Below, in pieces: positions 57,967 to 64,000 of a DNA stretch of 64,000 nt. A model generated the notes under the pieces. It was not told where the DNA came from, searched no databases, and saw nothing but the letters and a program-made list of their open reading frames with translations. Both the position numbers and the translations under genes were made by a program. The stretch comes from Deltaproteobacteria bacterium (GTDB taxonomy: Bacteria; Myxococcota; JACRCW01), in the NCBI GenBank assembly GCA_016218805.1, contig JACRCW010000064.1:1-64000 (forward strand), given 5' to 3'. Numbering within the stretch: position 1 is the stretch's first letter; each line of letters begins with the position of its first letter.

Positions 57967-60206
57967 TGCGGCACCTGGTTCTTTGCGTTGCCGTTGGCGC
58001 GCTCTCCCTGGCCGGCTGCCAGAAGAACGGTTCCTGCGGTGAGGGCACGGTGGAGAAGGATGGGGCGTGCGTGCCCGTGGAGGCCGCGGGAATGACCTGC
58101 GGCGCGGGCACGGCGCTGTCCGACGGTGGCTGTGTGCGCACGGGGCCGGTGACACCGTCACTGACCTGTGGCGCGGGAACCACGCTGGTCAATGGGCAGT
58201 GCGTGGCGCTTGACGCGGGCGGTTCAAGCGGACCGGCGTGCGGGCCGGGGACCGTGCTTGTTGGGACCACGTGCGTGCTCAGCGACGGCGGGAGCACCGA
58301 CGCCGCCGTCTGCGTGCCCCAATGCCTGGGCCGGGAGTGCGGTGACAACGGCTGCGGCGGCACGTGCGGTTCATGCACGGATTCGGCGAAGCCGAGCTGT
58401 GACCAGCAGACCGGCCGGTGCGGCGCCGTGTGCGTGCCGCAGTGCGCCGGTCGCAGCTGCGGTGACAACGGGTGCGGCGGAACCTGCGGCACCTGTGGTT
58501 CGGAGACGACCTGCTCGGCCACGCTTGCGCGCTGCATCCCTGACGCCTGGACGTGCAGCCCCAGCTACTTCGGCGGTGGCGACGTCTGCGATTGCGATTG
58601 CGGGGCCCGCGACACCGATTGCGACCTGGGCCGGCCGCTCGCGGGGTGCGAAGAGGGAGAAATCTGCAACAGCCTGGGCGCCTGCGTGCCGGCCGCGCCG
58701 TCGTCGTGGACGTGCTCCACGCTGGCGTACAACGCCCATGACGCGTGCGACTGCGGATGCGGCGCGTATGACCCGGACTGCGACTTCATCAGCGTCTTTG
58801 GCATCAACGGCTGCGGTGAGGGCGTGACCACGTGCAACAGTGATGGGACCTGCGGGACCTGCACGCCGGACTGCGCGAACAAGGTATGCGGCAACAACGG
58901 GTGCGGCGGGTCGTGCGGCCAGTGTGACGTCGGGAACGACCAGGTCTGCCACGCGGGAGCCTGCGTGGGACGGTGCACGCCCACGCCCGCGGCATGCCTG
59001 GATGCCGCGTGCGGTGACGACGGTTGCGGTGGCGTGTGCGGCACCTGCTCAACCGGCACCAGCTGCAACGCCGGCGCGTGCCGGACCGATCCCGTGGCGC
59101 AGACGCCGTTCTCATGCGCGGGACGCTGCGGGAGCCAGGCGCCATCCGGCTGTTACTGCGACGCCACCTGCGCGGCGCACAACAACTGCTGCGCCGACTA
59201 CGCCACGACGTGCCAGTGCACGCCGGACTGCACAGGCAAGACGTGCGGCAGCGACGGATGCGGCGGCGACTGCGGGACGTGCACGGGGACCACGCCCTAT
59301 TGCACCGACGCCGGCCAGTGCACGAGCCAATGCACCCGGAGATGCGACGGCCGCCAGTGCGGCAGCGACGGATGCGGGGGAACGTGCGGCACCTGCGCGA
59401 CGGATGAGAGCTGCTACTGGACCTACCAGTGCGTTCCGTCCAACTGGACGTGCGACGGCGTGCTGTTCGGCGACCAGCAGGGGTGTGACTGCGGCTGCGG
59501 CGCCATCGACCCTGACTGCTCGGTGTCAGACGCGTACGTGTACGGCTGTCCCCTGGAGCACCGCGTCTGCGGCGGCGCCGGGATGTGCAGCATCTCCTTC
59601 TGCCACCGCAACGGCGAGTGCGGTTCGCAGTGGTGCACCGGCGCCTACGCGGAGGGGAACCAGCGCTTTGGCGGCTACTGCGCAGATCCCATCATCACGG
59701 GACATCCACCCGGAACCGCGTGCACGCTGGACGAGCAATGCGCGTCCCTGTTGTGCGCGGGTGGCCAGTGCCGCACGCACTGCCAGGCCGATTCGGACTG
59801 CGACGGTGCAACCCGGTGCGTGGCGCTGCCGGTGCGCGACGTCGGAACGCGGCTCATCCAGGGCTACGTGGGCGCGTGCGACCTCGTCGCCGGGTCCGGG
59901 GCGGCCTGCACCAGCCAGGCGGCGTGCGGCAGCATCGAGCGGTGCATCGTCGTGATGGACCCATCGACCACGCAGCCGCGGTATCTGTGCGCATCGCTGT
60001 TGGAACTGGACGCCGTGGGCCGCGCCTGCGACCTGGACGCATGTCCGGCGGGGTATCGCTGCGAGGACGGCGGCGCCGGTCGCATCTGCACGCGGCCGTG
60101 CCCCGCCGGAGTGGGCGATTGTCCGTCGGGCTACCAGTGCGTTGACCGTCCGCTCGCTCCCCTCCTTCCAACCAGCGCCATGGTGCCGCTGTGCCTGCCG
60201 GGGTGA
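57966..60206 (+). CDS. Cys-rich lipoprotein (CGxGT, CGDxGCGG, WTC..CDCxCG..DPDC and somatomedin B-like repeats)
   Basis: LAGC lipobox; TGATG overlap with the upstream gene; repeats read directly from the translation. Confidence 0.85.
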   Translation: MRHLVLCVAVGALSLAGCQKNGSCGEGTVEKDGACVPVEAAGMTCGAGTALSDGGCVRTGPVTPSLTCGAGTTLVNGQCVALDAGGSSGPACGPGTVLVGTTCVLSDGGSTDAAVCVPQCLGRECGDNGCGGTCGSCTDSAKPSCDQQTGRCGAVCVPQCAGRSCGDNGCGGTCGTCGSETTCSATLARCIPDAWTCSPSYFGGGDVCDCDCGARDTDCDLGRPLAGCEEGEICNSLGACVPAAPSSWTCSTLAYNAHDACDCGCGAYDPDCDFISVFGINGCGEGVTTCNSDGTCGTCTPDCANKVCGNNGCGGSCGQCDVGNDQVCHAGACVGRCTPTPAACLDAACGDDGCGGVCGTCSTGTSCNAGACRTDPVAQTPFSCAGRCGSQAPSGCYCDATCAAHNNCCADYATTCQCTPDCTGKTCGSDGCGGDCGTCTGTTPYCTDAGQCTSQCTRRCDGRQCGSDGCGGTCGTCATDESCYWTYQCVPSNWTCDGVLFGDQQGCDCGCGAIDPDCSVSDAYVYGCPLEHRVCGGAGMCSISFCHRNGECGSQWCTGAYAEGNQRFGGYCADPIITGHPPGTACTLDEQCASLLCAGGQCRTHCQADSDCDGATRCVALPVRDVGTRLIQGYVGACDLVAGSGAACTSQAACGSIERCIVVMDPSTTQPRYLCASLLELDAVGRACDLDACPAGYRCEDGGAGRICTRPCPAGVGDCPSGYQCVDRPLAPLLPTSAMVPLCLPG

Positions 60207-60211
60207 CCACC

Positions 60212-61564
60212 ATGACCAAGATGCAAAGCCGAGGTGTCCGCGCTGGTTTCATCGTCGCCATGTTGGTGGCGGCGGGCTGCCCCAGGAAGGGACCCACCTG
60301 CGGCGCCGGCACCACTGCCAACGACGAGGGTGTGTGCACCGCTCCGGCTCCCGCAGCCGGCCCGGTGTGCGGACAAGGCACCGTGGAATTCAGCGGGACA
60401 TGTGTTCCCGTGGACGCGGGCCCCCCGACGACGTGCGGGACCGGGACCCACGAATCCGACGGTGGCTGCGTTCCCGACGACGGCGGCGCCACGCGGACGT
60501 GCGGGACCGGCACCCTGGAGGTGAACGGCGCGTGCGTTCCCGCGTCCGTAGACGGAGGACCGCGGCCCGATGGCGGCGGCGACGCGGGTGCCAGCGCGGA
60601 TGCGGGCGTCCCGGTGTGCACGCCGGCGTGCGGGCCGGGGTTCTACTGCAGCGCGGACCAGGCGTGCCTCCCGACGCCAAGGCCCGCGTCGTGGTCGTGC
60701 TTCTTCGAACAGTATCGCGATGGCGATTCGTGCGACTGCAACTGCGGCGCGTTTGACCCCGACTGCGCCAACACGCTGCTCCCCGTCCACGGCTGCGCGT
60801 CCGGTCAGTGCCAGGGCGACGGGACCTGCGTGGCGTGCGCGCGCCAGTGCACCAACCGGCAGTGTGGCGACGACGGCTGCGGCGGTTCATGCGGGATCTG
60901 CAGCGCGCCGGGCCTCAACCGCTGCGCCAACGGCCTGTGCGTGGCATGCGTGGCCGATTGCGCGAACAAGCAATGCGGCGACGACGGGTGCGGCGGCACG
61001 TGCGGCGAATGCGCGCAGGGCCTGATGTGCAACGCCGGGCTGTGCGAGCCGCCTTCACCGGGCTCGTCGTGCCTGTTCGCCTGCGGTGGGCTCGCGCCCG
61101 ACGGGTGCTCGTGCAAGGGGGGCTGCCAGGAGACGGGCACCTGTTGCGTTGACGTGAACGTCTGTGGGTGCCTCCCCGCGTGCGAGGACAAGCGGTGCGG
61201 TGCGGACGGTTGCGGCGGTACCTGCGGCAGCTGCCTGGACGAGGAGGTCTGCACGGTGGAGCAGCTGTGCGTCGACAACCCGTGCGAACCCAATCCCTGC
61301 ACCGCCTACGGGGCGTGCAACGTCGTCGACGGCACCTGTACCTGCGGCACCGCCTACAAGGGGGCGACGTGCGATGCCTGCGCCGACGGCTACACGGGCT
61401 ATCCGAATTGCGTGGAGGACCTCTGCGCGGCGACGTCGCAGACCTGCTTTGGCCACGGGACGTGCGTGCCCTCCACGGGCTTGTGCGCCTGCGACACGGG
61501 CTTCACCGGTTCGCAATGCACGGAGTGCACCGCCGACGGCGGCGTGTACCCGAGCTGTCCGTAG
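60212..61564 (+). CDS. Cys-rich lipoprotein, paralog of the upstream gene, with EGF-like C-terminus
   Basis: AAGC lipobox, same repeat vocabulary, CFGHGTC...CACDTGFTGSQC EGF-like motif. Confidence 0.85.
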   Translation: MTKMQSRGVRAGFIVAMLVAAGCPRKGPTCGAGTTANDEGVCTAPAPAAGPVCGQGTVEFSGTCVPVDAGPPTTCGTGTHESDGGCVPDDGGATRTCGTGTLEVNGACVPASVDGGPRPDGGGDAGASADAGVPVCTPACGPGFYCSADQACLPTPRPASWSCFFEQYRDGDSCDCNCGAFDPDCANTLLPVHGCASGQCQGDGTCVACARQCTNRQCGDDGCGGSCGICSAPGLNRCANGLCVACVADCANKQCGDDGCGGTCGECAQGLMCNAGLCEPPSPGSSCLFACGGLAPDGCSCKGGCQETGTCCVDVNVCGCLPACEDKRCGADGCGGTCGSCLDEEVCTVEQLCVDNPCEPNPCTAYGACNVVDGTCTCGTAYKGATCDACADGYTGYPNCVEDLCAATSQTCFGHGTCVPSTGLCACDTGFTGSQCTECTADGGVYPSCP

Positions 61565-61606
61565 GACGCGCCACAACCCGGCGAAGTGCACCTGCCGCGT
61601 CGCGCG

Positions 61607-62029
61607 TCACGGAGCCGACGTGATGGTCAGTGACCACGCCCCTGCGGCAGAGTCGTATCTCTGGAAGGTGCACCGTTCTGCTCCTTCGCAGCGGGTGACC
61701 TGCAGGGGCTGCGTGGGGATGTGGATGTGGAGCGTGCCGGTCCCCGGCGGCATGCCCTCCGCCAGGCGGATTGTGACCCTGTTCCCTTCAATGGACACAC
61801 GGCTCACCCAACAGCCGAGAAGAAGACCGACCTCGCCCGCGTCGGCAGACGGGACGTCCGCATCGCGGGGGCAATCCTGGAACACGGGGTATTCGAACCA
61901 CACCCGGCCACTTTGCAGCAGCACGTCCGTCGGCGGCTCGCGTGCAAACACCGGCTGCGCGCCGGACGCCACCACCGGCGGGAAGTCCGACGGCACGACC
62001 TCCGGATCCACCATGTTCCACTGCCGCAC
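61607..62029 (-). CDS. Hypothetical protein, possibly a 5'-truncated remnant
   Basis: Protein-like composition and fills the gap between neighbours, but has no convincing start or RBS. Confidence 0.35.
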   Translation of the reverse strand: MRQWNMVDPEVVPSDFPPVVASGAQPVFAREPPTDVLLQSGRVWFEYPVFQDCPRDADVPSADAGEVGLLLGCWVSRVSIEGNRVTIRLAEGMPPGTGTLHIHIPTQPLQVTRCEGAERCTFQRYDSAAGAWSLTITSAP

Positions 62030-62108
62030 GGCCAGCGCGCCCGGATGCGGCTCCTCAAGCAGAGCGTCGGACCTCGAGCGGCGGTGGGTGGCTCTCGCCG
62101 GGACCCAG

Positions 62109-63440
62109 TCAGGTGCGCTGCAGAAAGTCGATCATGGCTGGCACGATCAGCTCGTGCGCGTCCTCCTGCAGGTAGTGCCCAGCGTCGGGCAGCCGCAGCA
62201 CCTCGGCGCCCGGGAAGTCGCCAAGCCAGAGTTCCTCAAGCAGGTCCGGCGTGAATCCGATGTCCTTCATCGCCCAGGCGATGAAGACCGGCTTCGCCCG
62301 GAAGGCCGCCAGGCCGACGTGGACGTCTTCGAGAAAGTCGGAGACCGGACCCACTGGACCGTTCGGGATGGACCGCGGGAAGGCCAGGACCGCGGTCCGC
62401 GATGCCCAGGTTGGATGTGGCGCGAGGTAGGCGGCCCGCACCGGAGCCGTGAGGCGGTCAGGGTGCACAACCCCAGCGCGAAAGACCAGCAGGTGCACAA
62501 AGGCGTGAAGCCCCTTGACGAGCAGCTCACCGAGACCCGGAGTCCTGAAGAGCCGGAGCGGCAGGGGAAGCGAGACCGGCTTCGGCGGCCGGTGTGCGAA
62601 GCTGTTCATGATCACGAGGCTCCGCACCCGTTCGCTGTGGCGTGTGGCCCAGGACAGCCCGGTTGGACCGCCCCAGTCCTGCACGCCCAGCGTCGCATCG
62701 CGCAGGTCGAGCGACTCGAGCAGGGCTTCGAGCCGGCGCGCGTGGAGTTCGATGGTGTACCGGGCGATGGCATCGGGCTTGTCCGAACGCCCGAAGCCAA
62801 GGTGGTCGGCGACGATGACCCGGAAACCGGCAGCCACCAATGGTGGGATGAAGTTCCGGTAGAGGTAGCCCCAGGTCGGATTTCCGTGCACCAGCACGAC
62901 GGGCCGCCCCGACCTGGGTCCCTCGTCGACATAGTGCATGTGGCCGTCCATCGTTTCGAACCACCTGGGCGAGTAGGGCCAGGTCCCGCTGAACGACCAG
63001 TCGACCTGATGGGTCATCGAGCCGCTCCGACCCCGGTCCGCCGCCGCGGCCAGCCGTCCCTCTTCAGCCCAGAAGCCGGCACGGCGGAGCCCGGCCAGCT
63101 GGAGCAACGCCACCGCCAGGACGGCCAGCGCCGTGACCCCGACCAACTCGGCGCGGGGCACCGGATGGAAGGCCAGCAAAGCCGCGCTGCCGATCACCCA
63201 CCCAAGGTCCATGGCGGTAGCCGTCACCGCCCAACGGGAGGCGACGTGCCGGCTGACAGAGAGCAGGCCGAGCGCGAGGCCGTACCCGACCAGCAGGCTC
63301 CCGACCGCCTGCAGGAGCGGCGCCGGGAGGTCCAGCTGGTGGGGCAGGGTGTCCACCGAAGCCACCATGGCGACGCCGGTGGCGGCGGAGAAGAGCGCGT
63401 TGGCGCGGAGGGCATACCTGAGCAGTCGTGTTGAGTTCAT
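62109..63440 (-). CDS. Haloalkane dehalogenase-like alpha/beta hydrolase, in frame with an upstream 4-TM membrane domain
   Basis: MHYVDEG, HGNPTW, GFGRSDKP, QDWGG nucleophile Asp, GHYLQED. Internal ATG at 63017 is preceded by GGAG. Confidence 0.85.
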   Translation of the reverse strand: MNSTRLLRYALRANALFSAATGVAMVASVDTLPHQLDLPAPLLQAVGSLLVGYGLALGLLSVSRHVASRWAVTATAMDLGWVIGSAALLAFHPVPRAELVGVTALAVLAVALLQLAGLRRAGFWAEEGRLAAAADRGRSGSMTHQVDWSFSGTWPYSPRWFETMDGHMHYVDEGPRSGRPVVLVHGNPTWGYLYRNFIPPLVAAGFRVIVADHLGFGRSDKPDAIARYTIELHARRLEALLESLDLRDATLGVQDWGGPTGLSWATRHSERVRSLVIMNSFAHRPPKPVSLPLPLRLFRTPGLGELLVKGLHAFVHLLVFRAGVVHPDRLTAPVRAAYLAPHPTWASRTAVLAFPRSIPNGPVGPVSDFLEDVHVGLAAFRAKPVFIAWAMKDIGFTPDLLEELWLGDFPGAEVLRLPDAGHYLQEDAHELIVPAMIDFLQRT

Positions 63441-63475
63441 GGCCGGACGGTAAGGATCCCGCGGCGGCGGAGCAC

Positions 63476-63490
63476 TTCCCCCGGAGGTAA
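63476..63490. promoter_or_regulatory. Candidate operator (imperfect palindrome TTCCCCCGGAGGTAA)
   Basis: Imperfect inverted repeat in the short gap between the regulator and the downstream gene. Confidence 0.35.
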
Positions 63491-63501
63491 AGGCCCGCGC
63501 C

Positions 63502-64000
63502 TCAGAACTTGCAGGAGGCGCCCAGGGCGCGGACCCGCTCCGCGGTTGAGTGGTCCGCGGGGAAGAACGACTCGATGGCCAGTTCCTCGACCGTCACGTC
63601 GCACGGCGTTCCGAAGGTGGTGATGGTGGTGAAGAAGGCGAGCTCGCCGGTCTCGTGCCGGAGCCGGATCGGAAGCACCACGTTCCCCCGCTGCGGCGCC
63701 ACCTCCGCGAACGCGCCAAGGCCGGGATAGGCCTCGACCTCGCCCAGGAGATCGAGAAGCTCCACGTCTCCGGAAACCTCCACGTCGTGCCGGATCCGGC
63801 CCAGCAGGTGGCGCGCATACTCGTCGAAGTTGAGCACCCGGCGTCTCAGGCCGTCCCGGTGCAGGCTGAGCCGGTAGACGTTGACCGGCGGGGCAAGCAG
63901 CTCGGGCGCGACCCCTTCGGCGATGAGCGGGACGGCGCTGTTGCTCATCACCACGTTCCACCGCCGATCGACCGCGATGGCCGGGAACGGTTCGTGGTTC
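63502..64000 (-). CDS. MmyB-like XRE transcriptional regulator, C-terminal ligand-binding domain (runs off the right edge)
   Basis: HEPFPAIAVDRRWNVVMSN, NVYRLSLH, FFTTITTFGTPCDVTVEELAIESFFPAD. Confidence 0.9.
   Translation of the reverse strand, partial: NHEPFPAIAVDRRWNVVMSNSAVPLIAEGVAPELLAPPVNVYRLSLHRDGLRRRVLNFDEYARHLLGRIRHDVEVSGDVELLDLLGEVEAYPGLGAFAEVAPQRGNVVLPIRLRHETGELAFFTTITTFGTPCDVTVEELAIESFFPADHSTAERVRALGASCKF

Noticed and set aside
47400..61250. Recurring DNA motifs such as TGCGGCAGCGACGGATGCGGC as a possible CRISPR or DGR repeat
   Set aside because: They are degenerate at third codon positions, irregularly spaced and in frame with CGxDGCGG protein repeats. No cas or reverse transcriptase gene is present.
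61164..63434. 756-aa + strand ORF
   Set aside because: Shadow frame overlapping the lipoprotein and the minus-strand hydrolase.

Overview
High-GC bacterial window whose gene content suggests Myxococcota (MYXO-CTERM-like protease, many Cys-rich lipoproteins, Ser/Thr kinase); this assignment is inferred. The left ~44 kb is mostly core genome: a MacAB-type ABC exporter operon, thrA-thrB-thrC, a diguanylate cyclase, waaA, a YbgC-like thioesterase, plsX, kptA, an Fpg/Nei glycosylase, an enoyl-CoA hydratase, obgE, rpmA and rplU. It also holds a DUF1778/GNAT toxin-antitoxin pair with a perfect operator palindrome and several secreted modular enzymes. An ABC-type ATPase missed by the ORF track runs off the left edge. 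From ~45 kb the sequence composition changes: TCGA, rare in the core, becomes common. This part carries a four-gene, 14.5 kb operon: a ~2955 aa Cys-rich LamG/lectin protein with a beta-rich C-terminus, a membrane-anchored protein resembling the vitellogenin/MTP (large lipid transfer protein) N-terminal module, and two paralogous Cys-rich lipoproteins. This operon is my best candidate for an undescribed system. I saw no rRNA, tRNA, CRISPR array or transposase. All domain calls come from motif recognition by eye, not from database searches.
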